NCBI GenBank assembly: GCA_951406725.2
Contig: OX597820.1
Location: 84,630,001 to 84,694,000, forward strand
Length of the DNA stretch: 64,000 nucleotides
Direction: 5' to 3'
Source: Octopus vulgaris
Taxonomy: Eukaryota
In this document: positions 1 through 13,490 of the stretch, piece after piece
Numbering within the stretch: position 1 is the stretch's first letter
Layout: the number at the start of each line of letters is the position of its first letter
Translations under genes and position numbers: made by a program
Notes under the pieces: generated by a model
Databases searched by the model: none
Told to the model about the DNA's origin: nothing
The model's input: only the letters and a program-made list of their open reading frames with translations

Positions 1-299
1 TGCGTGTTTGTGAGCGTGTGTGTGTGTATGTGTGAGTGTTTGAGTAAGTGTGGCTCTGTAAATATATATGTATATAGACAGATAGATGAAGTAATCTCCT
101 ACTTATACTCAGCATTATACTCCGACTTGAAATACTAATGTAATACCCATGTATTACTTCTGGAGTTGTAAATACTACGTACTTGCATAAATTTTGTGCA
201 TACCAACGCAGATCATATATATAAATGTAGCTCATCAGGCTACTGAAGAATAAGAAAATGTCCTATTTAAGACGGATGCACTTAGAAATTGGAAACAAA

Positions 300-1880
300 A
301 ACGAACTCTCCCACGAAAAGGAAAGAGAAGGAGAGAGAGAGAGAGAAAAAGAAGATGAGAAAACATAGATTTGGAAAACATTAAAACAAGTCTTAAATCT
401 CTCTATAAAATTTCAAAGGTAACAACCACAGTTCAGTGCAAATATGACCATGGTTTCATTTAAATAGCTGACTGTCTGCAGATGCGAAAAGGAAAGAGCA
501 AAGTGTTAGTGAGCAATTTAAAAGCATTTTCAGATAAATAGAACCGGCTGAACTCTTTAACATGGCAGATCTCCAAACAAAGGCGGCAGCCATCGGTTAC
601 TGCGACATAGAGGAAGCAGATGTACCAGAGGCCACAGACAAAATTAGCTTAAGCTCAGCAACTGGCCCTAATGGCTTGGCAGCGATCCTCCTAATGTCAC
701 GTAAGAATGCTTTAGAGCGAAACTACTTCAGATCCCTTTCCAAAGATACTTTGCAAAGGGCAAACTTCCTGAAATGCTAAAAGAATGTATTATATGCATT
801 ATTCATGAAAGTGATGGCAGAATAGAGGCTAAAATCTTTATGCCAATCTCTCTGACTTCCTTGAAGAAAATTATATATTAAAACATACGCAGCATTTCTT
901 CCACTCAGGGAGAGGCTGCCTCACACAGATCTTACAGCTCTATTGGTTTTAAAGAAGCTGCTTAACTAATCAAGTGTCGATGGTATATATCTTGACTTCG
1001 CAAAGGCCTTTGATACGGTAGAACATAACATGATATGTCACAAGCTGTAAGACCTTGGTATAGCTAGTAATCTGAAAGTGTGGCTGCATTAATTCTTAAA
1101 ATTCAGAAGTCATGTATTTGCAGCCAATGGTACCTTCTCTGAAGAAACGCAAATTCTGGATGGGGATTCTTGGGGGTATTACTGTTATTAATAGCTCTCT
1201 CAGGCATGCCAACTGCCACTTAAACAGCCACTGTCACTAGCTATGCCGATGATACCAAATTGTCACAGGCAATACAGAATACAGACGATCTCGTAAGCTT
1301 ACAACTGCAACTGAATACAATATAGAAGTGATCAGAATAAAACGACAATCAGTTTAATTCTAGAAAACGTCAGTCACTGCGCTATCAGCTCACCAACGAA
1401 GGTACTGCAATCTCAGAATCTAAGATGGTGAGAGCATTTCAGATGCACATTACTAAGATGGCAACAAATTGCAAACAAAGTGTAGGCGTGATGCTAAGGC
1501 CGGTCAAGACAAGCGACGAAGCTCTTTGGAGGAGTTTTGTTCGCAGCCGCTTGCTCTCATTACTGCTCTCATCTGCTACCATCACATAGCGCCAAACGAA
1601 GAGCGGAACTTGAAGCGGCCCAACGATACTACACTAAAACGCCTGTGCGCAGAAGATGAACTAAAAGGAGAGGCTGCAAAAAATACGTCTTACTCCCTGG
1701 GGCAAATAATCTACACATAGAAAAGTCGAGAAGAGATAATACCTAATTTTGGTATTCAGTTGAACAAATTCTCGAAATTAACACCCATTTATTGTAAAAT
1801 CAGGACGAATAACTTCAATAGCTTACATTTCAAAAGACCATAGATCTTCATTATCCTGCAAAAGAAAGTTAAGCAAGCCT
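300..1880 (+). mobile_element. Decayed non-LTR retrotransposon RT fragment (CR1/L2/Jockey group)
   Basis: Fragmented RT motifs on +: LDFAKAFDTVEH (~991-1026), a degenerate QGSILG-type segment (~1160-1180) and SYADDTK (~1239-1259); many stops and frameshifts. Confidence 0.7.
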
Positions 1881-2149
1881 AGACAATATAGACATGGATG
1901 ACTCCAAAAAGGAACTGGAATTCTCCTACCACTATAGTGGATGTCACAGATAAGAGCCATAATGTCAAACTCCGTCTTACAACAAATGATGTTAGAAACA
2001 AAGGAAAGAGCATATGCAGTGGTAGCGATGTGAAATCCCGCCGCCCTCAGGAAATAAGCCAAACAAGAATGATATGCAAAAGTAGAAAAGCTCGGTTCTC
2101 AAGTATGACGGAAGCCACATGGTTGAAAGGCATTAAAAATATGCATATA

Positions 2150-2510
2150 TGTATAAGCATAGGAAGGACCATAAACTTCGTTGGACTGAGGGTCCTGATA
2201 GAAAAAGAAATGAAAAACGTGGATTTCTTTGATGTGACCCTGGACATGTAGTCCGGTAGTTATAGACCCTTTAGAATGCCAATCGAGAATCTATCATTAG
2301 CACAGGTTCTTGTCATCCAGCCATTGTTTTCAAGAACCTGGTTAAGGGCGATAGGAGGACATCCAGGTTATCTTGAAGCAAAGAGATGATGTTGCCCGTA
2401 CTACAATGAGGCTCTGGTCATCAGCGGTTTCAAGGATTGAATTAGTCACACGGCAGACATTAGCTACTCCAAGAGAAAGTGCAACTGGAAAGTGCTGCGC
2501 GTCAATAGAA
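2150..2510 (+). mobile_element. Penelope-like element RT C-terminal/thumb fragment
   Basis: Translates as VDFFDVTLDM*SGSYRPF...SCHP..VFKNLVKG...YYNEALVISGF, matching the PLE pattern FLDVTLDL...Y.PY...SNHP...Y..AL..SG[YF]. Confidence 0.65.
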
Positions 2511-2529
2511 ACCAATTCGTAAGACAGGT

Positions 2530-2691
2530 AGTTAGTTAGTTATGTAGGTAGGTAAGTAGAGAGAGAGCGTAAGATAAATAATAGATACATACATACATAC
2601 ACACATACATATGTACATGCATACATAGATACATAGCCCGATAGATACATTAAACTGATAGATAACTAGATAGATAGAAAGAAAGAAAGAT

Positions 2692-2750
<59 letters not shown>

Positions 2751-2800
2751 CAGATATACAGATAGACAGAAAGATAGATAGATAGATATATAGATAGACG
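2530..2800. repeat. Compound (TAGG)/(CATA)/(GATA)n microsatellite
   Basis: Direct tetranucleotide runs. Confidence 0.95.
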
Positions 2801-3124
2801 CATATATATACTTTTACATACGCATATCCATATAATACAATATTAGAGCTAGTTTTAATATATCGGAAAATTGAATGATGTCTGATCTTAACACGTATCT
2901 CATAACAATGGCTTTCGTTGCCATTTTCGATTATCTGTAGTGTGTACACATATTCTGGGTGTGCTTTTTGCCAGCGCATATCTACTAAAATCTTAAATCC
3001 TTCTTGTATAGTAAGTACACTAAATAATAATACAGTGTGTTTATTATAATGTCTCTTGTCCCTACAAACGGTCACATATCGTTTCTTGCTATTGTAGTGT
3101 ACACACCATCCGTATTTTTTATCA

Positions 3125-3167
<43 letters not shown>

Positions 3168-3504
3168 AATGTCAACTCAATCGTCATGTGATAAAAAGAA
3201 ACTCCAAAAGCGAGCTATATTTCATACGTTCATATCTTTTATTACTTGAGTTTACACGCTTCTAAACACTATATATTTGTTCCATCACTTTTCATTCTTC
3301 CCTAAGTAACTAGCTTCTTAATTTTTCCTACTAATGAAATTATTTATTATTCCTTTCCGTATTTCTAACTGAGATGTGCTGGAGGTTTCAAATGTCAATG
3401 TTGATATACGAATACCTTTATAGCTAAAAGATGATTCCAGAAAACATTTTGTTACCACCAGTCAAATGTGTTTGAGAAATTAAATTATTTTCCATGAGAT
3501 GAAA

Positions 3505-3675
3505 TTTAATAATTACCCTACGCACGCAAGCTAAAGCAGGGCATTGCAACCATTCGTCTTTGTCTGTTTCTCTATGAGCTTGCAAAATTGCTGGAAGGCG
3601 TCTGAACAGATTTTCATCAAATTCGGTAGAAATACGCATTGGGAGTGGCTCGAAATAATTTGGTTTGAATATCTT
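3505..3675 (+). mobile_element. Possible Helentron-associated (HINE/DINE-like) non-autonomous fragment
   Basis: ATTACCC...GCAGGG hairpin-like start, short GTCT-type repeats, then GATTTTCATCAAATTCGG; layout recalled from HINE-type elements. Confidence 0.3.
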
Positions 3676-3719
3676 CAAACATACATATATACCTACATAG
3701 ATATGTGACTGTATCCGTA

Positions 3720-3734
3720 TATGTGCGTCTTTGC

Positions 3735-3780
<46 letters not shown>

Positions 3781-3830
3781 TTGCGTGTGTGTGTGTGTGT
3801 GTGTTTGTGTGTGTGTGTGCGTGCGTGCGT
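3720..3830. repeat. (TG)n microsatellite
   Basis: Direct dinucleotide run. Confidence 0.95.
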
Positions 3831-6749
3831 GGCATTCAGTGATGGATTCGAGGATTTCGTTTACTTACGAGTTGATTTCTTAATTTTACTTGAGTATAAA
3901 TACCTATCATGGTGAAACGCTCTTCAAATTATATACAATATTTTCTATAAGTATTTCATTTTGTTCGACCCTTGTCTGCGTGTTTACGGGTCATGCGTGT
4001 ACACAAGTGAGTGTACATACATACTACATAAATACATACATAGATATGCGTCTGTACGTGTGTGTTTGTATGTGCGTGTGTGCATCTACAGTAATGTTTA
4101 GGAGTGGTTTCTTATATTTACGAGTTGATTTCAACAGAGTATAAATACCTGTAATGGTGATAGTTAAAAAAAAAACAATAACTCAGTTCAATTAAAAGAC
4201 GTGGGTAAGCAGCTCATTGTAAGCCACACTGTAATTTGCAAAAACAAAATATCTGTATGCAGGGTAAGCATCTCCCCTCTCATGCCTTTTTTCTTTCTTC
4301 ATTACTTTTGTATTTTACCTCTAACAATGCAACAATATCATCGACATTATAAGCATCTTATTGGAGCTTTACAAGCCTTACAACGTTGTTTTAGCTAATA
4401 AGAATAATATTGTATTATTCAATTCGTTAAAGGTGAGATTTGTTAGCGATTTCATACAGACTTTACTCTGTTAACATACCCAACAATACAATGTGTGATA
4501 ACCTTTGGAAAATAACTGCATAGACGTAGCTAGAAATAATTCAATATCGGCTTACGCAATTCTGTTTGATAGTATATATATCAGACCACCACAGTATTAT
4601 CGCCGATATTATCGGTGTGTTTCACTTATCATCTAGCTACCATATGCTACTGCTAAATAATCTAGAACACTGTAATTAATTCAAAATGAAAATATTAGTG
4701 TTTTCTGTGTCAAGGCAGATTCACTTGTAAACTTATTGGTACAGAATGAGCATTTGAGCTATATCTGTGACGAAATTTTTGAATTGGTAATCGAAATATT
4801 GTCATGGTTTCGAAGATGATTTTTGTTTTTTACTAAATTGTCTTTGATTGTCGCTGAACTGTGAAACTAATCTATTCCACGGCAATTTTTATTACGCCAT
4901 CGATCTACTCTGCTTGAACTAATGTGACTGCCACTGAACCATGGGACTTCTCTGTTTCAGTGCGTTTGTCAGAATCCGGTTTTTTTTTCCATTTGTACAT
5001 TCATTTATTGTCCACTTTTAAAATTAGTTTGCATACATTTAAATTAAGGATAAATAATTGATTACTTCATATAACTTTGTTCTACAGTTGACCTCAAGCA
5101 GGAACAGAACAACTCTTTGAGAAATTCTCCTTTCGGTGGATCTTTCTAACAAAAAGAGCAGCTAGATCTCACCAAATTCAGATTATGCAAGATGTATGAT
5201 AATAGATGTTTAGTTTAATATATATTTATCGGATGCTGATATTTTGAACATGTTTTGTTCTTAGGTCACTTATGAGGTTGATAATGATACGTGAAGGTAC
5301 ATAACATAACTATTGTGTGGTAATGCCTACTTCCCTTTCGATCTACATTCTTCGATTTGTTGGTTTTCTGAAATTTTAAACACTTATAGTGGAGTCAATG
5401 TCTAAGTTCCAGAGAAATTCTCATTCGGATGTAATTATTCTATGACATTTATTTCATATGTAATCCACTTCGTTGTTCTTTCTACTAAGAGACGTTGTTT
5501 CAATTCTATCGTTTCCGCTACCAAAAACTCCTAAACGTGGGTAATTCTGTTGCTACCACACCTACAGCCATGTGTTTTAAGCGGCTGATTTCTGAGCTCT
5601 TTATACGCTAATCACGGCGCAGTGAATCTGATACATGTTTTCCGCGGTAAAAAATCTATTCTCAGAATCTGTCTTCTCTCCATATCGAAAACTATTTTAA
5701 CAACCACATTTGCTTTGAGTTTCATTGCTGCTACGAACAGCCAGTCTGGTCTCCTTTCTTTCTGAATGTTATCAACGCCAAAATAACTAACACTACATAT
5801 CAGCTGAAGCAAAATCTATTACACATTGTCTCAGTATTTCATCAATGTTATTTACATAACACTGTTTATAGAAACAGCAACAATATAAAATGTAACTACA
5901 AAGGAATAGGCAAGAACAAAAATAACACTCAAATTATTAATGGACAGGACCACTAGCAGAAGTATAAATACAATATCGATAGTGGAGTAATACATTATTG
6001 AACTGCAAGTTAAATAATTGTATACTGAAATTATATAATAGAACACCTGTTGTGCGTCGACATTGCCATTACAAACAAAATAATGACGTAGGGCAAAATA
6101 AGTTAGCATAAATGTCTTTGAGTTGCGGAAATATTTCTTTAATGGTGTAATATCATCGTATACAATGTACCGTTACAAACGATCCTTATTACGCTATAAT
6201 GACGTGCTGTGCTGGCTTCAATAGAACAAAAGTTCTAGCTAGGCAAGGAACCATTTTGCTCTATAAATTATTGAGTAATAAATGTGTTTACAGCAGATTG
6301 TCGACATTACATTCTTACATTTCCCGTATTTATTTTGTTTCTAATGAAATTTGTTGGGTTTCTTTGTTGATTTAATGTTGTACTAGCGAGTGTACATACT
6401 CTGTATGTAATTAAAAGTTGTTAATGGGCAAGGTAACTCCATAATTATATTAATTTCGATGTATATGTATATTCCAACATATATTTTGAGTGTTTGCTAC
6501 ACTAGCAGACCAACACACACACACACTCACTCACTAATATTATATGTAAATATGTATGTGTGTGAGTGTAGGTATATGCGTGCACGCGCATGTGTGTAAC
6601 TTCATATGTGTGTCTGTGTGTGTGTGTGTGGTAACAGATTTGCAAGCGTAGAGAATCGCTTTAAGTGTGCTTTTAAAGTTTCCCTCTGCTCATATGCTGA
6701 CAAAAACAAGCCTAAATCTCTTAGTGTCTCTAGTTTTCTAAATTTAAAA

Positions 6750-6970
6750 ATAATCTCTCCTAGTGAAAGCACAAGGTTTGAAATTTTGGGAGAGGATATT
6801 AGTGGATTACATCAACCCCAGTGTTTCACTGGTATTTAATTTATTGATCCTGAAATGATGAAAGCAAAAGTCAACCTCGGCGGTATTTGTACTAAGAACG
6901 TTAAGACAAGCGAAGTTCTGCTACGCACTTTGCCGTGCGTGCTAACGATTCTGTCAGCTCGACGCCTTTG
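6750..6970 (-). mobile_element. tRNA-derived SINE, family 1 (diverged copy)
   Basis: Aligns by eye with 16815-17045 (GATTACATCAACCCCAGTG...AAAGTCAACCTCGGCGG...GCTAACGATTCTG). Confidence 0.8.
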
Positions 6971-7701
6971 TTAATTTACAAATAATAGGAACATCTTTAC
7001 ATTATATCCAAGTCTCATTAAAATTACCTTAGAACATGTAAGTTTTATTGTCTTCAGTCCGTCTTTGCATTTTAAACTACTTATATATCAGTGCTTTCAA
7101 TAATATGCAGATTTTTTCTCGAACTCAAAAAGCTATACAAAGTAATTAACAAAAATCATTTAGAAAAATGTTACCCAATGTTAAATCAATTCACTGATAA
7201 ACACTGCAGCGGCATTTTATCCCCCTCAGACTGTTGTCACAGATAGTAATCATTGTTTCAGTTCATGCGGTACTACTTGATTGTGTGAGTATGTTTAAAA
7301 CTAATCAAATAATGCTATCAGAACTTAAACAAAATATCAATAAACGACACCCTGCGACCCCAACATACATCATTCTCGGATCGATATCTCTGTATACTGA
7401 TCAGAAAGAAATATCTGTGGAATATATACAGCATAAAAGCTTTAAAAGCTTCTTCGATAATGAAGTTGATATTTGTTCCAAGGTTATAATAAATCCAATC
7501 CGGATAAAAACTGTACGAAGTGTATGTAATCAACGAATGGCGTTCTTAATAGCAGAACTTCGTATCTCACGATTTCATTTCGCCTCACTGTTCTTTGTGG
7601 ATTGAGTTCTGCCTTTGAACCCCAGTTAATTTTTCTGTTGAATGTTGCATTGGTCCTGAAAATCGATACAAATCTTTCCTTACATGTGTAGAAGTTAGAT
7701 C

Positions 7702-10560
7702 TGTAGTGAGACAGGGAGCCCTAATTTATTGTCGCGTATTGGTATGGCTGTGCTGTGACAAAATCACCTAATCAGAGCTTGCCTCCTATTAACACAAAAA
7801 GCAGGCTTTTGTCCAGCGGTAATCGCGTTTTTGGTTACTTAGCAGTAGACTTCGACGCGAGTAACGTCTATCCTCATTAGTCAGCTGCATGACATGGAGC
7901 AACTAACATGACATCATCATGAAACAGATCCCTGCTTTTCACTCCCACTTAGCGCTGCAAACTATTGGATTATATTACGCTTGTCACGCTGAACCCATCC
8001 TGAACGTCTTGTATGTTTTTTTTTCTTTGGTCAATTCCAGCTGAACACTATCTATATCGAGTGGCCCATTCTTGTCACTGTTAACTCACAGTTACTTCCA
8101 ACTGCTAGGTCCTTAATTCTGACTACTATCTTATCCCGGCTTACAACTAAATCATTCATGTAAACGTAGGTTATTCAGCTTCCTTGACTCACATACATAC
8201 ACTTACAGGCCACATGTCTCGCTACTTGTCAGCACTTGTTCTACTACTGAATAAATTATAATGTTTATTATTAAATCGAGTACCTGTTGCATTGCATCTT
8301 TACTGTTACGATGACTTTCCATATTGTTTACCTATTACTTTAGTAACACGCTGAAAATTGGTGACCCGAACGTTTAAATGTTTCCTTCAGAAATATTTAC
8401 CAAAAGATAATGATTGAAAAGAGCTATTTGAACAACTTTCAACATCTTTCACACACACACACACACATTTATAAAAACCTTCACTGTTTTGCTGTTTCAT
8501 GCATGTTGTATTCCTTGGTTAGTATGAATTTCTCTACGTTAACAAAGTTCAGTGGTGATGTAAGGGTTTGATTTGCACAAATAGAGGCACATTTCGCTGC
8601 AAACAACATTATATTGGAGCAGTATCAGCTACAGATATTGTTGAGCGCAATTCTAGCTTCCTTGACGGCTCCTTTGAAAGATCTCATCACAGACACACCT
8701 CAAGAGTCTTCCTATTTTTCCATCACATTTCAAGTCCTCAGTCGGATATCTCTTTCCGGGGAGAACATTTTCGCACCTTAGTTAATTAAGAACACTTCGG
8801 CGACAGGACGCCGACCCAATACCTTAGCAGGATGCGATAACTTACAGAGGGAACATCTGCGGACAGGGTAATACTTATAAATCTTTTCTTCTGCCATTTG
8901 CCATCAAACTTACAAGACATCCTCGCCTCTATGATGGAGATCAGTTATGAGGACCAGTTGGTTTCCTCAGCCAACAAGATATTATATTACACTGGCGACA
9001 GTGTTGCTGTCAAACCTGCCCGGTTTCCTGCTATTGTTTATCATTCGTCTCCAGTGGCATCTGTGTTGACGCATCATTATTCGATTCAAGCTGCAAAGCT
9101 ACAGGCCATTCTGGAGGTGACTGGAGGGGTCAAACTTTTACGTGCTGCGCGGAATGCTTCTCCACGCGGAAGGTAGTTCAGTTGTTCATCTTCTCCTAGA
9201 TGACATTCTTTCTCTCCTTCATCTTCGTCAACACACTGGTGGTATCACAGACGCTTTGGTGCTGCTACCCAGAAACGTACTCAACCGCGTGCTCATTCAA
9301 ATCAGGGGAACACCACAATGAAACGCTGAGCACGACAGCTGCTCCCGGTTCGCACACTCATAATCGTGCGTTTTTGCTCTAGGATTTATTATCGTACACA
9401 CTTTTTCGTATTCATTCTGGTGCTGCCTGCGCTATTTGGCCACTTAAATTCATTGGAGGTAAACTTCCTCCTTCTGCAATTACCCTGCAAACTGTGAACA
9501 TGTCGCCCATACAAACGTGCGGTCAAATTTCTCTTTCATTGGATTTGGCCCTGTGAAGTGATTTCAAATGGGATTTCATCATCGTCGACCTGACTTACCC
9601 AATACTCGTTGCGGAGTTTTTCCCACCACTATTTTCATATGGTTGATTTTCATAAGAAGCGACTTTTGGACAGCACTTTCTGTTTTTGGCCGAATGTCGA
9701 ATACCTCTGAATTAGCCCATTATTCTTTATCGCAGCGTCTGGGAACCTATATAAATCAATTTTAGATTCTTCCCTAAAGCTCAACAACCCAAATTTCTAA
9801 ATGAGTAATCCTGTTGGCTCTACAAAACATTTTATCTCTACGAATGATGCTTCATTTTTTTCGCTACCTAGACGTCTGCCTCCGGAAAAGCTCAGAGTAG
9901 CCAAAGCTAGATTTGATCACGTACTGCATTTCGGAATTATACACCCTTCCACAAGCCAACGGGCCTCACCGATGCATATCGTCCCCAAGAACTCTGGCAT
10001 TTGGAGGCATCTAAATGCTAGCACCGTTCCTTATAGGTATCCAATTCCTCATCTCCAGAATTCTTATTCCTCATTGCATGGATGTACTGTATTTTACAAG
10101 CTCGATCTCTTGAGGGCTTATCACAAAACTCCCATCTACCCTGCGGACATTCCAAAGACCGCAGTAACAACTCCATTCGTCTCCTTCGAATTCTTGACTA
10201 TGCCCCCCGAAATGCTGCCAGCACCTATCAGTGGTTCATAGACGAAATCATTCGTAGACTAGATTTAGTTATGCCTATTTCGATGATCTCTTGATTGTCA
10301 ATTCTTTATCTGAAGACCATGCTCGACATTTAAAGTTACCCTTCCAGCACCTTAACTAATATAAAGAGCGGAATAACACTGCTGAATGTGTTTTTTTTTA
10401 CACATGCTCTCTTGTGTTTCTTGGTCACATCATAGACAGGAAGAGCATTTGACCTCTTCCAGAGCTAGTGAGGAATTTCCTCCTCCGACTTCCCTTCGTC
10501 AATTACTTCATATCCTTGGCTTTCTTAAATTTTATCACCGCCTTATACCGCATTGCAGTC
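7702..10560 (+). mobile_element. Decayed Ty3/Gypsy LTR retrotransposon (candidate 5' LTR, PBS, gag, protease, RT)
   Basis: PBS-like TGGTGACCCG at 8359; gag motifs GDRTPTQYLSRM and LPSNLQDILAS; WYHRRFG Cys/His box (~9240); RT segments [36 protein letters not shown] and YFDD (~10276). Frameshifted. LTR start is tentative. Confidence 0.85.
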
Positions 10561-10569
10561 TTAGATAGG

Positions 10570-10930
10570 ATAATGTACAATGTGTTTCCACTATGCAAAC
10601 CCTATGAAGCGAAGAATGATAACTGCATGATATGTAGGATTAACCCAGGCATAAACTGTAGAAATGTGGTCAACAGTAAAAAGTGCATGTAAAGATATGA
10701 ACATAATATACATAGGGGGGACATCTAGGAGCATTATGGAAAGACTAAATAAACATTTGAGTCAATATGACGACAAAAGTCAATCCTCCATACACTACCC
10801 ACGTGACAATACCAAATGCTGGCAATCTGGCTCAACCTAGCATCCGCATTTTCTCTAAGCACCCAATTGACCCAATCCTTAAAGAAATACATAAATGAAA
10901 CATCCCCAGTACTAAAAAGGAAATATACGT
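10570..10930 (+). mobile_element. PLE GIY-YIG endonuclease fragment
   Basis: CMIC...CRNVV..KCM followed by HIYIGGTSRSIMERLNKH and a YINETSPVL-type terminus. Confidence 0.6.
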
Positions 10931-11609
10931 AGCAGCTAACTTACCCCAATCCACAGTTTATATTGATATTGATGTAGAACAATTAGCGGGATGTTATATA
11001 GCTGTATGTATGTCTGGGTGTGTGTGTATACGTAAAAAGATATGCACATATATGTAGGGAAATGGATATGAATGTAAACAGACATACAGACAAGCGCACA
11101 TATACACATATATAGGCAAATGAAGATTGAAACACATGACCATATGCACACACATTCCACTTCACGCAAGAACACATATGGAGACACACATCCATACATA
11201 CAGACACAGTACGTAGTCACAAAGACCCATACACAGACACACTGAGGCATGCTCATACAAGAAGACAGAAGTACAGACACACACACCTAAAAACACATAA
11301 AAACACTCAAACACGAGCACACAAACATATGAATATGGAGAATACAAACATACAAACGTACACATATAAACATATGCATAGGCACACGCACATACAAGCA
11401 TACACACATGCATATATATGTATGTGCACACACATACCTACAAACAAACAAAAGGAACACCGGTCAGATAAGGGAGAGAGTCAACGACTATTGAAAAAGT
11501 TGGAAGACGCAACGAAAATTTTAGAAAAATAAGTAAATGAGTGGAAAGTTTACCGGTGAGTTTGTTAAATAATAATGTACTAAAAGAAAATGACTATCTC
11601 CAGACACAA

Positions 11610-11660
<51 letters not shown>

Positions 11661-13089
11661 CGTACGTGTGTATCTACTTATGTATGTTTGTATGTATGTT
11701 TATGAATATGTATGGGAGGCGTGTTTGTACACGTTTTATACTTTTAACTGACATCACTTGAATAGTTATCCGTGTCATAATCATTGAAGTGTTTGAAATA
11801 CAGATATGAGTTGATTCAGGTTAATATTTCTCTCGAACTTTTACAAGTCCCTGGTGTCAAGAAAGATGTATATAAAGAAAAGAAAATGTAGAACATCGAC
11901 TGTCATAACAGTATGGAATATAGGGCTTTTAAGAGAGGATTGAATATTAAGAAGATTAGCAGAGAGATACTTCACAAGGAGTTTCCTTTTCGGAGTTACT
12001 TCGACCACAACAATATCTCCGTTGAGCAATATCTCTGTGGTGTCTGATGGACATATAGAAAATGAGTGTCCGTTTTAGTTTCCTACTGGGGATAAGTGGA
12101 ATTATATTGTCTATTGCATGACGGGGGGCAATAGAGAATAGTATTGGACATTGTTGTGTTTTTCAAAGATTAATTTGAATAATTCCAAGCATCTCTCAGA
12201 ATCTCTGAATGGCATTGATATTTACATCGTTATTAAATATACGTAGTAAATATATAAATGGTTGCAGTATAGTGCAATGTACATTCTTTTGCAGTAACGA
12301 AAAAGAAAATTAGTTGAAACATTTTCCCAAACAAGACATGCTAACACATATATACTTCTATATTTTTCATGTACATATAAATGGTATATATGTATGTGTT
12401 TGTGAATGTGTGTGTTTTGCGTGTGTGTGTGCTTGTACATTTATACATATATGTATATACACATATATATGTGCGTGTGTGTGCTTGTATGTATGTATGT
12501 GTACGGGCATATATATATATATATAAATACAAATATATATATATTAATGACTGTGTATATGTAAATTTATGTATACGTAAGTACCTGTATGCCCGCATGC
12601 GTGTGACTGTAAAGGCGTGGGCACCTGCGCGCACGTATGTGCGTGTATATATACGTGTATGCGCACGCATATGCATTTATGAATACATCTACGGATGTGC
12701 GTGAGTATCCAAGTCTATATGTGCATGTGTATGTATAGGTGTATGTATATGTCAGTATATACATGTATCTGTGTGTGTGTGTGTGTATGCATAAATATTC
12801 GCACATACATATGTATGTGAGTGCATGCGTACGTATGTCATTATACCTTTCTTTCCTCCTCTCTCATTCCTCCCTATCACTAACCTATCACATACGTCTA
12901 TTTATATTAATTTGCCATCCTCGTATTCTTCCCTCCACTTCAAAGTTTACTACGAAAACTACTACTCACTTTTACTCCTTACCTTCTTATCATATTTCTT
13001 CCTCCCATTTTCTCCCCTTGTTTTAAATTTGACCTTTCTCAGTTTCTTATTCATACACATCTACCCCCCCCCCCCCATCCACAAATACG

Positions 13090-13490
13090 ACCAATACACT
13101 CTCAAATTTTCATTCACATAAGAAAACCCTTTCGAACGAGCAACACTGATTCCACGGCTCCATATTTGAAATGACTAAACACGAACTACTATTGGAACTT
13201 ACATACCATATACAGGAAGCTTTTTTACCATTTCTATATACAATTTTCCCTCGAATAATGGAACTGAAACTACAATATCTTTATATATCTTATTTCTACT
13301 TTCACTCTCTTATTTCCCTCCATATTTCCTATCTCCTCCTTTTCCATAATAATTCGAACGCAAATATTTTCTCACACCGTCTCTCATGAAGGGATACCCA
13401 TAATATCCCAGAAACAGCTGTAAGACTATTTCATTATAAATGTCCTGAAAACTCCTCACAGCCTTGGTTTTTTTATCTCATTCTGTCTAA
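13090..13490 (+). mobile_element. PLE 3' end/pLTR fragment carrying a hammerhead motif
   Basis: FIHIRKP..EQ-like GIY-YIG terminus near 13110, then a pyrimidine-rich UTR and HHR at 13379; tail matches 33120-33300 (-). Confidence 0.55.
13379..13426 (+). ncRNA. Type I hammerhead ribozyme, mutated core
   Basis: GTCT-CTCATGA-A-GGGATA(cccataa)TATCCC-A-GAAAC-AGCT-GTA-AGAC; palindromic stem III ACAGCTGT; core CTCATGA instead of CTGATGA. Confidence 0.75.

Noticed and set aside
3680-4165. Short local duplication (TTACGAGTTGATTTC...GAGTATAAATACCT) as a regulatory repeat
   Set aside because: Looks like an old tandem duplication around a TG microsatellite, with no functional evidence.
7234-7605. 123-aa + strand ORF as a host gene
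   Set aside because: No recognisable domain or splice context; faint MULE-transposase-like words on the - strand were too weak to call.
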